Shown here: positions 25,331 to 39,090 of the stretch, piece by piece | Position numbering within the stretch: position 1 is the stretch's first letter | How the letters are laid out: each line of letters opens with the position of its first letter | NCBI GenBank assembly: GCA_964016885.1 | Contig: OZ024742.1 | Coordinates: 109,926,001 to 109,990,000, forward strand | Direction: 5' to 3' | Length of the DNA: 64,000 nucleotides | From: Eledone cirrhosa | Taxonomy: Eukaryota | Notes under the pieces: model-generated | Told to the model about the DNA's origin: nothing | The model's input: only the letters and a program-made list of their open reading frames with translations | Databases searched by the model: none | Program-made: the position numbers and the translations under genes

Positions 25331-26347
25331 CCACCATGGATACAGTTACAGTCTCTACACCAGAAGCTCCAACAGATTGCTGTCCCAGAAAGCCACCTGT
25401 TTCATCTCCACTCACGAGAAGTGGACGACGTGTCCATTGGCCCGCCAAGTTGGCACAATATATGAATTACCGTTAACCTCAAGTGAATTTCTTAATCATT
25501 CTTCTTGCAAAACATTTCCATTTTCCTGGTGTTTACTATTTTCAGTTTCAAATACAATGAACTTTCTGCTTGAACAATTGCAATTTTTAGTGACTATGTG
25601 CTCATGCTGTCATCGTCACGAAGAACATTATTTATTATGAACATTATTTATTACAAACACTATTTAAGAACAAACATTGTGTATAGCATTTTTTTTTCCA
25701 TGTTCTGCAATATTAATTGTGTAATTGCCATAATTTTTATATACATACAAGGCGTGTGCACATTCTGTTTTTCATGCACACTACCCAACCACGTTTGTTT
25801 CACCTTTCGTTTATACACTGAGCAATAGATATTTTGTGCCTCTAACTCTTACACTACAAAATGTTTTCTCTTTGATCACGCATTTCACAAATCGCATCCT
25901 CAAAACACTGGCCTTCTTTTTTACGTACACATTCACTCAATAGCTCGATAATGCCTCGCTATTTTACCACATGCATTCGCTCAAGTCATATGCTTTGAAG
26001 CAAACTGTTACTTTTAAGCAACATGCTTACGGCCATTCATTTCACCCATTACGGTTATTTTCACTGCCCTGTTAGACTTTTTGTCACGCAATTCACAGGC
26101 AGCTCAACCCAAATGCAACAGGCTCATTCATCACGCCTGCTTAAATCTGGTCAAACTTTATTTTTTTTTTTTTTTTTTTTTTCTTGCCATATCATCTCTA
26201 CATCGACTCTGTCCTGTACTCGATGATCACCAAAGTTCACAACGTGCTGGACACTCCTTGGGCTATTGTCATGACAAATGCACCCCTGACTCATTACTAT
26301 ACGATGCTTCGCTCTTTTGTTGTACAAAAGATCTGGCAGGGGGCTAA

Positions 26348-26813
26348 TATACAGCCACCGGAAATAATATGTCCTTACCAGTGAAATAAACAACTCTATC
26401 TATCTGCTTATCTAGCTACCTATCTGTCATTTCCTAGTGAAACAAACAACTCTATCTGCCTACCTAGCTACCTCACCCCAGTGAAACAAACAACCCTTAG
26501 GCCACCAAAATAAAACGCCTACTCAGCGGCTAAACATCAAACGATTGTTTTTGTATAAATAGAATGGTTCCAAAACGCTTTCGCCAGTCGACCTTTGGCA
26601 GAGTCAGCTAGCATATCGTTGTTCCTCTCCTCCGCCACACGTGTTACTCACACACGCCTTGTACCTCTGTATCGTCGCTTCATGTATGGAATAAATCGCT
26701 GAACGAAACTACATCTCTTGCCTGCTCGTCTGTTCATCCTTACCGTATGCGATAACAGTCCTTTTAAGGGCTATTCTCAGATCCGATCAGAAGTAGTGAC
26801 CAGACCCACTACA
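26348..26813 (+). repeat. 3' LTR
   Basis: Follows the purine tract, ends ...CCCACTACA and contains AATAAA at about 26690. Confidence 0.9.
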
Positions 26814-27898
26814 TATATATAGGCTTTCTGAAGTTTCCGTCTACCAAATTCCACAAGGTTTTGGTCTACCCAACGCTACAGTAGAAGACGCTTGTTCAAG
26901 GTGTCGCATAATTAAACTGAACCAGAAACACGTGGTTGCGAAGCGAATTCCTTAACCACTAGGCCAGAGCCTGCACATGGAATAAATGGAAAAAAAGTTT
27001 TGTTTCGTATGTGATATGTATCTACAAATTGTGTGTGTGTGATTAAACGATTATTTGGAAAAACAGCTCATGGTAGATATTTGTTGCTGTTGGGTTTTTT
27101 AAATCTTAATATTAGCCTTATTCAATATAGAAAATGTATTTTCCCTTTTGTAAGAAGCTCAACATTTTCTATACAAGCGAATCTTTTTCCTATACACTTT
27201 TAAATTATTGTTTTTAACATACGAATATCGTGTTTGCCTGCGAAATTATCTGCCGTTGTTTAAATAAAACTTAGATGAATAAATTTATTTACCTATTTAT
27301 TATAAACAATAATGAAAGCGTTTTTTTTTTAAATCAAAATAAAATAAATATAAAGTCAGAAAAAAGGGGAGGGGAAGTGGCAATTTAAAAAAAAAAGGAA
27401 AATGGGAAATTGAAAAAGCACCCAAGTTACGTGAAAATACTATTTTGTTATTGTTTTTATTATAAAAAAAAAATCTTTCATTTCATAAAGATATTATTTT
27501 TAAATCTTTAATTTCACGCAAAAATATTTAAAAACCTTTAAATTCAATGAAAGATATCTAATAAATCTTTAATTTCTTGTAAAGATATTTAAAAAAAAAA
27601 ACAAAAAAACAAACAAACAAATAAATATAGACGGCCTATTAACTATTTGTCAGTGGGTTGCTGATGAAACAGTTTATCACTGAACGCCGAACAAGTGGAC
27701 TGGTTTTTTTAAAACTTCTTTTTATTGTGGTGAATATCTTTTAACTTTAACGTCTTTCTTTCTTTTATTAATCTGATATTAATTTGTAAGCGTTTATAAC
27801 GTTTATCATTTAAATGCAAAATAGTAAAGAAAATTATATAAACGTATATATATATATATATATATGTGTGTGTGCATGTATGCATATATGTGTGTATG

Positions 27899-27940
<42 letters not shown>

Positions 27941-28209
27941 TATATATATATATATATATATTCATTTTGCTTATATATGTATCCGACCATACGTTTATAA
28001 TTGCAAACACGAGGAAAAGTGCTCAATACCAAAGTAGAGTATTTCTCGCAGTTTTCTGGTCGCACATAACAAGAGCGTAATCTCAGTATATATATATATA
28101 CAATCATCTTCGTTTAACATTCCCAGTGTGTTGTAACTACCACTTGTGAGCGAGGCATCCCTAACTTTCGTCAAGCATGTCTCAAGGAGCAAGTTACTCT
28201 GATTATATA

Positions 28210-28372
28210 TATATAGGACCGAGTAGGACCCCGATGGCTGAGCTCAAGCCGTTTCGACGGTCCAGAATTAGCCGTCGGGGTCCTACTCGGTCCTATTACC
28301 CACACTACTACCCTAAGTATTGAGTACTTTGGTGCGTTATGGTCCATCTGGTTCCTTACCACATTTCCTTCG
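28210..28372 (+). mobile_element. Small fold-back element F
   Basis: TAGGACCGAGTAGGACCCCGATGGCT / AGCCGTCGGGGTCCTACTCGGTCCTA arms (about 28214-28240 and 28270-28295), tail to about 28372, short (TA)n on both sides. Confidence 0.7.
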
Positions 28373-28512
28373 TTATATATATAATTGGATACTTAGTAAA
28401 ATCGAATCTCTGGCGGTGTGAAAGCAAATTCCGAGTCATATATATATATATATGACTCGGAATTTGCGTTACGTTTCGCTTTTTCTACCCGCCGAAATGC
28501 GATTCTCGCTGA

Positions 28513-28602
<90 letters not shown>

Positions 28603-28605
28603 ATA

Positions 28606-28670
<65 letters not shown>

Positions 28671-30239
28671 GTGTGTGTATGTATGTATATATATATATAT
28701 ATAAACCCCGTTATCTTTGACTCGGCTATCCTGCTTCGGTTTGTCTCTGGCCTCCTTGTCTTTAATTAACGTTAATCGATGTAGTTTTGTGTTGCACGGG
28801 CATCACTGACGGTTTTTCGTCGTACGTGGTGGCCATTCTCGATCAACAAATGCATAGCCATTACACATGTATATATATAAAATACTCAAGAACTATTGTC
28901 TTAGTGGTTTGGGTGTTCGGTTCAAGATCGGGTGGTCGTGAGTTCAAATCCCCACAATGCATTGTGTCTTTGATCAAAATACTTAATTTCGTGTTGCTCT
29001 TGTCTTCCCAGCTAAGAGAAAAAAAATGAGTTATATCTGTGATTCAAAGGGTACACGTGTCTATGGAATGAATGCTCGTTGGAGTACTCGTTGAAACTGA
29101 CGGAGGTCCTGTACACACATTAAAAAGCGATACAAACTCATTTTCTCTTTCATGGGGTCCAAGAATCGAAAAAGCGCTAGATTTTCATGGGGTCCAAGAA
29201 ACAAAAAAGCGTTAGATTTTCATGTGGATGCATGCTGACACATCAATATATATAAAAATTGAATTGTATAATATTTATGCAATCATATAGTGTGTGTGTG
29301 AGAGAGAGAGAGAGAGAGTGAGAAATAGCGTCGCTGGTTACAGATGTCTGATTGAAAGCAAGACTGGTTGAAGCTTGCACAAGGGGTCCCCCGCCGGCTG
29401 AAAATTTCATAGGACCCCTTGCATATTATTCAGGGTAGCAAAAATAAAATTGACCCCATAATACAATACAGTCCTTACTCCCTTAATCCATCATTGGCGC
29501 GAGAAAGTGATGAGGGAGTTTCTCTAACTCAGTGCCCAACATATATTGCAAAGCTCTTCGCTGAATCACCAAGACCTCAGACTTGGCAATAAACGTCAGC
29601 GAAAGATTCCTGTGTGTATATGTGTGGCTAGTGTTATCATGCAAGTAGCACGTGTGTACCGGTTTCATTTCCGCAAATTTTAGTGAAAATTCTTTGGCAA
29701 GTATCATATAAATGCTTTATAGCTTATATTTGTAATGTTATTTATACAACTGAATAAAATATACTTTACTAAAAGAAAGAAATGTTGATATTAAGCAAGA
29801 TGAATTTGGGGCCAGTGCTCAACGACTCATCCGGCAAATCAGAATACCTTCATAATGGAACAACAAATCTATAGAATAAATATTTACAGGACATAAATCT
29901 GATTATGTAATGATGGAAAATCCCCAGAGAAAGCGAAAACTACGGTATACTTAAGGGTTGCCCCATGTATTTATTAAACACAATCCACTTCTTTTTTCTC
30001 TCTCTTATGCATTACAATTTATTTATGTATGTATATTACAATTGTATAAGTTTACAGTAGAATAACATTTCAAATATGTTTTAAATATATACATAAATAT
30101 CATTACAAATGCGTAACATAAATTGTTCGCAATTCATTAAACAAAAATGATAAAGGAAGGAAAAGGAGCGGGGCAATTCACCACCAAGTGCGATAATCGG
30201 CCGCATCTCACACCTTAGGGGTTAACTACACACTTGAGG

Positions 30240-30390
30240 CAAGCCAACATGCTCGCAGCATTATCATGGGCGATGGCGTGGCTAAGACGCTGAAATAGCG
30301 AGGCATTCTCACGGGCACCACTTAACACCTCAGTAAGGTGAACCGCGGCCCAACTCCACCGAACGTCTCGAGCGCCAAAAGCTGGAAAAA
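30240..30390 (-). mobile_element. CRE-clade 3' fragment
   Basis: Minus translation SGARENASLFQRLSHAIAHDNAASMLA. Similar pieces at about 31870-32110 and 54590-54710. Confidence 0.6.
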
Positions 30391-30446
30391 ATCATTATTT
30401 ATGCGTTTATATGTGTTTTTCAATGACATTATATTTGTAATGTTCT

Positions 30447-30869
30447 AGGCGGTGTAAAGGGTGTAAATTTGTAAAGGGCGGTGGATTGGCAGTATTGGTA
30501 GAGGGTCGGACGCCATGCTTTGACGCATAGAGTTACAGCCCTTGCCATTCTGAGTTCAAATCCCGCCGAGGTTAACTTTGCCTTTCATCCTTACGGGGTC
30601 GATAAAATAAAGTACCAGTAATACACTGGGTTATTGCTGGCCTTGTGCCTAACGTAGAAACAATTATATTTGTAATGTTCTAGGGCGGTGAATTGGCAGT
30701 ATCGGTAGAGGGTTGAACGCCATGCTTTGATGCATAGAGTTACGGCCCTTGCCATTCTGAGTCCAAATCCCGCCTAGGTTAACTTTGCCTTTCATCCTTA
30801 CGGGGTCGATAAAATACAGTACCAGTAATGCATTGGCATAATGCTGGCCTTGTGCCAAAAGTAGAAACA
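30447..30869 (+). mobile_element. Head-to-tail SINE dimer
   Basis: Two tRNA-derived SINE copies (30447-30662 and 30682-30869) separated and flanked by ATTATATTTGTAATGTTCT. Confidence 0.85.
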
Positions 30870-32301
30870 ATTATATTTGTAATGTTCTTCTGAACGAATT
30901 GCGAGCAATTTATAATGTTATTTACGAATTTGTAGTAATGTTATTTATACAACTGTGAATAAAATATTAAAATACCAATAAATACTCTATATAGAGAGAA
31001 ACGAGTGAGGTGTCTGTGCATGTGTCCCAAATATGACTCGTAACCAGATTAAGAGAGGCTTTCTTTTCAGTTATTTATTTATTGTGTAATCTGACTTCGT
31101 TTATTTATTTATTTATTGTGTAATCTGCTATCGTTGTCGATGTCATACTATAGTCTGTCCACAAAATGTTAAAATATCGGTATATAATAAAATTAACTGT
31201 ACCTGTTATATGTAAATTCTGAATGGTATATTAGTAAAAGAAAAGGGAAATATCAAAACATGCATGAAGCTCAGATATTTCGAGCAAATAAGTTTATTCA
31301 ATGCGTTGAATAAGAGAGACACCGCGTACATTTACTGAACTGCGCGTGTGGTAAATATATGTTTATGCCTTGCACTTATATAGGTTCAAAGTGCAAGATT
31401 ACGTGTATATGGTAACGAATATCTATTTGCAAGAAAGCAATATTATCAACATATAAACACAATTTAAGGCGGTGAATTGGCAGTCGTTCAGGCTTTGCTT
31501 TTCACCCTTTCGAGGTCGATAAATATAGTACTCGTCTAGTACTGGGGTCGATTCTTCCTATTATCACTTTCTCGCTCTCTTCAATTTTTTGGAAGAAATC
31601 GTCTGTGTTCAGATTTAGAGAGGTATGGATTCCTCCAGATTTAAAATGCAGAAGTCACGCCGAGTGTCAAAACGTCGCCTCTACGACTCCATCAGAAGTT
31701 AAGGACCCTTTTTTTCATATAAACACTATATAATGAATATAATTTATAAAAGTGACAATTCAATAGAAATTAATCAGAAAAATAAAAGGAAAGAAAAAAA
31801 AAACAATGTGTGTACACAATTACACACTACAACAGAGAATGTTGATGTTTACCTCTAAAAACTTTTGAGGCAAGCCAAAACACTCGAGGTATTGCAACAA
31901 GTGATAGTGAGGCTAAGGTTCTGGAATAGTCAAGCATCCTCACAAGCATCGCCTGAAACTTCAGTCAGTTGACGTTGGAGTAGCCAAGCACCATCACTAT
32001 GCACATTACCTGAAACTTCAGTAAGACGATCCAAGCAGCCAACGATGATAAATGCCTCGTCAGCAGACCAGCTTCCTCGAATGTCTCGAATGTCACAGGC
32101 TGAAGAAGAAAATAGTTTACTAATAAATGTCTAGTTTCCATTTTACTCAAGTTAACGTGTCACTGCTATTTCATCATTGTATGTGTTGTTAAATCCACCA
32201 CCACAGTGAGCCAATGAAATTATCTAAAATTTTATTTAATATTAAACCAATTTTGAAACCTAAAACATTGCTGATTCAACTATATTTATATATATGAATA
32301 T

Positions 32302-32530
32302 ATAACTGCCTGCGTCAGTTGTTAGCTGCCGAGACACTGCATCCTTTAAAACCCTCATGCTTCCCGAAATTCGCCAAATCTACACCTGATGTGCCCCGTC
32401 CATACACATGCACACGTGTATATCATGGTTCATGCACTGTTCATTTTCCTGACGTTTGTACATTACCCTATGTACTATACATACACTTTTGATGAGTTGT
32501 ACTGCACCTGAGCACTGTATATTTTCATTA
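32302..32530 (+). mobile_element. CR1-type LINE 3' end
   Basis: Reverse complement of 43345-43575 and 53875-54100; ends in (TTA)n. Confidence 0.75.
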
Positions 32531-33039
32531 TTATTATTATTATATTTATATTTATATATATATATATATAATAAGGAGTTGACGGACCCAGCATATTTAT
32601 CAATGCCAGGGCCGGTTATATCTCAGCGTACTCAATAGGTAATGTAGAATACATTCTCAGAGTATACACATAGTCATTCGCTTCAATACAACACACGTAA
32701 ACGGGTGCCTATAGTAGTTCCCGGACTCAAGTTTCGGCCACCCTTAATGCAGCAGTAGGGTGCAAAATTGGTTTAATATTAGATAATATATATATAAACG
32801 ATACTGTTATTTCTCCAACCAGTCTATTCACCATTGATAACCACTCTAAATATACATACACACACACACTACACTGTATGTATGTATATATATATATATA
32901 TATGCAAACAAGCAAGTAGGACTCAAACACACAAATCAGAATGCAGATACACCCAGAACAAATGCAAGTAATCACTGAATGCTCTCTATATAAACAATGC
33001 CCTTGGAAAACAAAGCCAACAATAAACAAAACATCTAGT

Positions 33040-33300
33040 GGACAAGACCATCGGATTACAAACTTGTAAAATTACTTTCATCAGAACCTAGCCAATCATG
33101 AACTAAATGTCTATATTAGAGCTAATACATCCCCCATAATCCCTACCTCAGACATCATCCATATATCCCAACCCCTAACCCGCTCTAAATATGAGTATGG
33201 GGGAGACAGACTTTTTCAAGTTGCAGCCATCAAATTATGCAGTTTCTGCATAAGAATAGACATAAAACAATATCTATTACCACCTGCAGTGACTACAACC
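33040..33300 (+). mobile_element. L2-like LINE C-terminal remnant
   Basis: Manual translation YGGDRLFQVAAIKLC resembles the GDRxFxVAAPKLWN motif. Heavily degraded. Confidence 0.45.
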
Positions 33301-35113
33301 CCATTACGTAATAGGCCCTGCTCCACCCTCTTCCGTATACCCTTGACCTTAAACCCTCAAATAATCCCCCATGATGTGGTGCATCAGGAGGTCCAGGTTT
33401 CAAATAAACATAATATACTCGAATGTAAAACATAATTGAGATTAAATAAAATACTAAGCTATTAAAGGAAAGAGCAAAACGATTATAAGATGAAGAATAC
33501 ATGAAGTATTAAGAAATAAGCGAAATGAAACCATGATAAAAATATAAATAGGATATCAGAAAATACTATAACCAAAAGGACACACACAAGGTATAAATCT
33601 CAGTGAATTGGCAATATCGGTAGAGCTTTGCCCTTTACGTTCTGAGTTCAAATCCCACCAAGGTTAACTTTGCCTTTCATCCTTACGGGGTCAATAAAAT
33701 AAAGTACCAGTAATGCACTGAGTAATTGCTGGCCTTGTGCCAGAAGTATAAACATAATATATACACACAAATTAAGATTAAATAAAATATTAAACCACAT
33801 AATTAAAGAATAGCAAAAACTTTTAACAAAACAAGACTTACCCATCCTCATTGTCTGTTGGTCGGTGACAAAGTAAGAGAATCAGTAATTTGGCACTACG
33901 CTCTGAGTAACAGTCACTCAAATGATTAAAGGCAAAGTTGACCTCAGCAGGATTTGAACTGAAAATAATGGTTTCTAATTTAGGCACAAAGCTAACTATT
34001 TTGTGGGGAGTAGCAAAGTCGATCCCAATTCTTTACTTGTACTTTACTTTATCAACTATGAGAAGATAAAAGGCAGAATTGACTACAGTGGGATTTGGAA
34101 TGGAGAGGGCCATAATGAAATACTGCAATGCATTTCATCTGATGCATTAATGATTCTGTTAACTTACTGTGTGTGACAGCTCACACTTATGCAGGTTTAG
34201 CTGGATTCTTCCAAGGTATATCTCGTTGGAGGTGTCTTGGGTGATTTAATGATAGGGACCCCAGTCTTATCTCGTTTCTACAGCTGAGTAAACTGGAGCA
34301 ACGTGAAATAGTTTAAAACTAGTTAGACCATTACTCAACAGAGTACTCGATACTTGGGGTAGTAGAGTATGGCTATATTGTAAACAGTCGGGACCCAATG
34401 GCTGAGCTCTTGCCATTTTAACAGTTAGCTGTTGAAACGGCAAGTGCTCAGATGTTGGGTCCTGACTCTTTATAATATACATATACGTATATCATCAATA
34501 TTTAACATCCATTTTTTTCCAAAGGAAGAGAGACGGTATCACATATTCAAAATTGTTTTATTCCATTACACCATCATGTTATGCACATTTCATAGGTATG
34601 AAAGATGTTATTCAAAAATTAGTCCATCTTTTCATCAGACAGGCAGTTTCAATGTAAATAAAAATAAAGCTTATTTTTTGTTGATATACTGCCATAGATG
34701 TGTTTACATCTTTACCAATTCTAGTAATGGTAGGTCAGTGGACATGGGAAAGGGATTTAGAAAAGTGGTAGTAGTAGTTGGTATAAGTGGGTCAGTTCAT
34801 TAAAGGATTCTGTCTATGGTCAACTGTTCTGGCTCCAAAATAGTTATAAAACCATTGATTAATCGTTTTGATGTATTCATCAGTTAGTCCCATCATGTGG
34901 TGAAGGTTGTTTACCCCCAAGCCAGCACCAGTTAGTTTGTGGAGCACCATCTATCTATGATGTGTAGAGGGATGAAAGTGTGGGTTTGGTATAAAGCGTG
35001 TGTGTTGCTAGATGTGCGTGTGCAATTCAGATCTAAGGATAGATCTAGCATAAATATGAGAAAAGTAGCTCCAATCAAATCCACAATATATATATTTATA
35101 TCTTTAGGTTGCA

Positions 35114-35253
35114 ATGGGTTCCAAAGATGAACAAATAAAATTGTGGCTCTCTGCTGATGCTGTTTGTTTTGATGTTGATTCCACACTCTGCCAAGAAGAA
35201 GCAATTGATGAACTTGCAAAGTTTTGTGGAGTAGGTGAAGAAATTAGAAAATG
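35114..35253 (+). CDS. PSPH: PSPH coding exon 1
   Basis: MGSKDEQIKLWLSADAVCFDVDSTLCQEEAIDELAKFCGVGEEIRK. Acceptor AG at 35106-35107 implies an upstream UTR exon; donor GT at 35254. Confidence 0.93.
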
Positions 35254-38200
35254 GTAAAAATATGTTTATTAAGTTCTTTAATTCTTTTACTGGTTTCAGT
35301 CATTTGATGCAGCCATACTGGTGTGCTGTTTTGAGTTAGTCAATCATATTGACCCTAGCACTTTTTTTTCAAGTCTGGTATTTGTTAAATGGATATCTTT
35401 TCTGTTGAACTGCTAATTTACAGGACATTAACACTAACACAGACAAACGTAAATATAGATGTGTACACTCATGATATACACCGTCATCATTATTTAACAT
35501 TTACTTTCACTGCTAACACACACACACACACACATACATGTAGTGGCACCCCAGTTTTCGAGCCAAGCACTTTCCACAGTGAACCCTATATATATTTCGA
35601 AAGCATGCCAAACGAAGGATTGGGAGGACCCTTCAGTTGTATCAAAGACATGACAATCTCTCTAGTGCTGGTGTCACAATAAAATGCACTCAGAAAAGTG
35701 TTGGACCATATGTAAGCTAAGCAAGATGCAGACTCCTGGGTGGTCAGTAGCCCCACTTCAGGCCTGATTCAGTCTGTGAAGACCAATCCAACCCTTGCTA
35801 GCTAGATGGTAAATGATGATGATGATATGAGGGTTCAAAGTTTCAATTTAATATATTTTATTTGTAAATAACTGGATATATATATATAACAGGCTTTGGC
35901 AGCTTTCATCTGTTGAATTCCACTTTCAAGGCATTGGTCAATCTGAAAATATATTAGAAGATACATATCCTAAGTGCTACACAGCAGGACTGAACCCACA
36001 ACTAAGTGGATGCAAAGAGAACTCCTTAACCACATAGCCATGTCTAGGCCTATTACTATTTATGTATTTATTGTGGCTTCAATGCCTGGAACTGGACAAG
36101 ACACTTCATTTCACATTGCTTTTCATGATAGGATTAGAGTAAAATATTCAATAAATTTCCTATGATCTTGTAGGAAGCCAGCTAAACCTACATAAGGGTG
36201 AGCTGTAACATTTAAATTTTTCATTTCAAATAAAAAGCTGTCAAAAACTGTAGAAATATTGTCCTTATTGAATTTTGGGTTACCCAAATTTTATTCTTTG
36301 TATTTTTCTCAATCTATCTATCTATTCGTCTCTGTCTCTTGTCTCTTTAAATAGTACCATAGAGGCAATGAATGGTAATATTAGCTTCCAAGAAGCTTTG
36401 AGGACCCGGTTAAGTATTATTAAACCAAGTAAGAATATTCTTGAACAATTTCTGGCAATTCATCCACCGAAATTGACGGAAGGAGTCAAGTAAGAATTGT
36501 TTCCATTAATTTGTCATGTGAGTGAAATATGGTAGAGAGTAACTGTACAAAAGTCTGTCACACACACATGTATATATATATATGCATGTATGTATGGGGA
36601 AAAACAACACAGGAAAACAATATATATATACTTATATATCTATGATGTTATATATCAGTACAACCTGCTTCATGGTCGAGTGATCGGCCACTAAACCAGT
36701 TCCCACACCAAACGCTGATCTGGTGAGGAGAGTAAGTGGAACCCCAGCATCACAAAAAACATGAGTTAAAAGGGCGGATGAACTCCTCAGTGAATGGGTA
36801 TCCATCCCAACTATGGGTTTAGCCTTACCAACCTAAACAAAACAGTGGTCAACCAGGGAAGAGTTCTGCAACAGAAGTGAGGAGGCTCTGGATTGGCTAG
36901 CTAGAAAAGAGTTTTAATGTCTAAACTATTTCAAATAATTAATGAAGAATTTTGAAAGATTTACTAAAATTATTAATTGTTTCTAGGAAACAGGTGATAC
37001 TATTTCATAGAACCAGAGCCACTTTTAGCTGGGCTGGTGTCAGGGTTTTTACTAAAAGACATTACCTATGATTCTCTAAACATATGGAAAATAAACAAGA
37101 AATTAGAGAGATTTAGTAATATAATTAACTACTCATTATTAAGCACATGTTAGCTTAACAAAGGTTCTTACATATTACAATGGAAAGTTCTTTAATATAA
37201 ATATAAACAAAAATGAGTTGTTTTGTTTCATAGAACCAAAGCCAGTTTTCACTGGGTTGATATGAAAACATTAAAATGGCTCTCTTGAAAAACATTTCTA
37301 CTTTTTTCTGTAAAATGTTTTACATAAAATTACAATTACATATTCCATTAAATTTTTCAGAGATCTGATATTCATACTAAAAAAAAGAAATGTTGATGTC
37401 TATCTTATTTCGGGAGGATTTCGTTCCATTATTGAAACTGTTGCCAAAGATCTGGACATTCCTAAAGATCATATATTTGCAAACAGATTGCAGTTTGATG
37501 TAGATGGTAAGTAATTTATCTCTTCAAAGGTCATGTGTGTTGGAACTCCATTGGTTCTGACAAGTGTTCCAGTTGTTCAAACAACTATAAAAGTCCTCTC
37601 ATGAAATTAACACACAAGTGGTTCAGCATTCCACAGACATGTGTACCCTTAACGTGGTTTCAGTGTGATGCTATGTGTGACAAGGCTGCCCCTTTGAATT
37701 ACAGGTACAACTCATTTTTGCTACTTGAGTAGACTGGAGCAACATGAAATAAAGTTTCTTGCTTTAAGGACAGAATGGGCTGTTGGAAATCGAACATCCT
37801 AACTACTAAGCCACACACCTGTATATTCAATGACCATATATATAAGATATTATGGTATCTCCAGCCTTCTGAATGGCACAGGAAACATTTTCAAGTACTT
37901 TTAATGCATGTTTTAAGGCCAAATAATTAAGGTAATAACTGAATTCTTCTGTCACCATTCATTGTAACTGCCATTCTGATTCAAACCCAGTATCCCATTC
38001 TTATATTTGCAGGTAATTATGTTACCTTTGATAAAACAGAACTCACTGCCAGGAGTGGTGGAAAAGGCCAAGTGATTCAACAACTGAAGGATAAACATAA
38101 TTATAAAAATTTAATTATGATTGGTGATGGTGCCACCGATATGGAGGCTAGTCCTCCTGCAGTAAGTAATATCTTCTTTCTATATCCAATGATACAGTGG

Positions 38201-38833
38201 GTTTCATTGGAATTAAATGTTGAGACTTCACATCATGTACAAGCATTTTAAATCTAATTTCTGGGTTAGCCTTGCTGGCCCCATGACAAGCTTTATACCC
38301 ATCATGGGGTCCTTTTAGTCATCTCTTACAATACACAGCAATTGTCATTTTATGTTCACTTCCATAGCATGGATTGGACGGATAGTCATGGTGTGTGACT
38401 AGACCGGTCAAAGAACCAAGTCTAGCTTATACATTCCATATTTTATGTGGTCTCTACAGCTGGATGCCCTTCCTAATGCCAACACTTCATACAGCTTTGG
38501 ATTAACCATTAAGCAAAATAATCACATGGTTAAGGCCTCAAATAAAGTACAGTATATGGGGATACACAATTTTATTGGTGCTTAGGCCGCTAAAGGTTTT
38601 AATCCAGCCCTGACTTCCTAGAGTCAACCATTATTTATTCATAAAGTTGGAATATTGGATTATATGTTCTTTTTTTTATTTCCTAGGATGCTTTTATTGG
38701 TTTTGGAGGCAATGTTGTGAGGGAAAAAGTAAAGAAAGAAGCCAAATGGTTTGTGATGTCTTTTGCTGAACTGATTGGTATATTTAAAAATGGTTCTGAT
38801 AATATGATAGTGTCAAACGGTTCTGCTTACTGA
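35114..38833 (+). CDS. PSPH: Phosphoserine phosphatase (HAD family), join(35114-35253,36355-36489,37361-37506,38013-38161,38687-38833), 238 aa
   Basis: All introns are GT-AG with consistent phases (717 nt total). HAD motifs DVDST (Asp20), ISGG, GGKG and GDGATD, plus FIGFGGNVVR. Confidence 0.95.
36355..36489 (+). CDS. PSPH: PSPH coding exon 2
   Basis: TIEAMNGNISFQEALRTRLSIIKPS...PPKLTEGV; bounded by AG and GTAAG. Confidence 0.93.
37361..37506 (+). CDS. PSPH: PSPH coding exon 3
   Basis: DLIFILKKRNVDVYLISGGFRSIIETVAKDLDIPKDHIFANRLQFDVD; bounded by TTTTTCAG and GTAAG. Confidence 0.93.
38013..38161 (+). CDS. PSPH: PSPH coding exon 4
   Basis: NYVTFDKTELTARSGGKGQVIQQLKDKHNYKNLIMIGDGATDMEASPPA; bounded by TTTGCAG and GTAAG. 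Confidence 0.93.
38687..38833 (+). CDS. PSPH: PSPH coding exon 5
   Basis: DAFIGFGGNVVREKVKKEAKWFVMSFAELI...SAY*; acceptor TTCCTAG. Confidence 0.93.
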   Translation, partial: DAFIGFGGNVVREKVKKEAKWFVMSFAELIGIFKNGSDNMIVSNGSAY

Positions 38834-38924
38834 GTCATCATGGTGCCAGCCCGAGGATAGCTAAAGATTTCAGTGGTTTGTATCTGATCAACAGTTAAAG
38901 CTTAAGCATACCTCTTTGATTCTT

Positions 38925-39090
38925 CAGCTACTGGTCAACACAACCCCTTACCACATAACCAGCCATTGGTTTGCACAACCCTAAAGCCAGCCAGTGGTTT
39001 ACACAAACCTTAACCAAATAACCAGCCAGTGATTTACACAAACCCTGATGACATAACCAGCCACTGGATTACACAATCCCTAACCACATG
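38925..39090 (+). repeat. About 32-bp minisatellite just downstream of the PSPH stop
   Basis: About 5 imperfect CAGCCA(G/T/C)TGGTTTACACAACCCT.ACCACATAAC units. Confidence 0.7.

Larger units (their letters stand above)
20897..26813 (+). mobile_element. Ty3/Gypsy LTR retrotransposon, defective
   Basis: Two LTRs, gag remnant, PR-RT-RH-IN order, PPT-like CTGGCAGGGG before the 3' LTR, and TATA flanking both ends. Multiple stops and frameshifts. Confidence 0.95.

Noticed and set aside
29500-29600. Possible hAT transposase C-terminal remnant
   Set aside because: Similarity too weak and short to support without a search.
31310-31420. Candidate PSPH promoter / non-coding first exon
   Set aside because: Only mild CpG enrichment and possible donors; it cannot be placed without transcript data.
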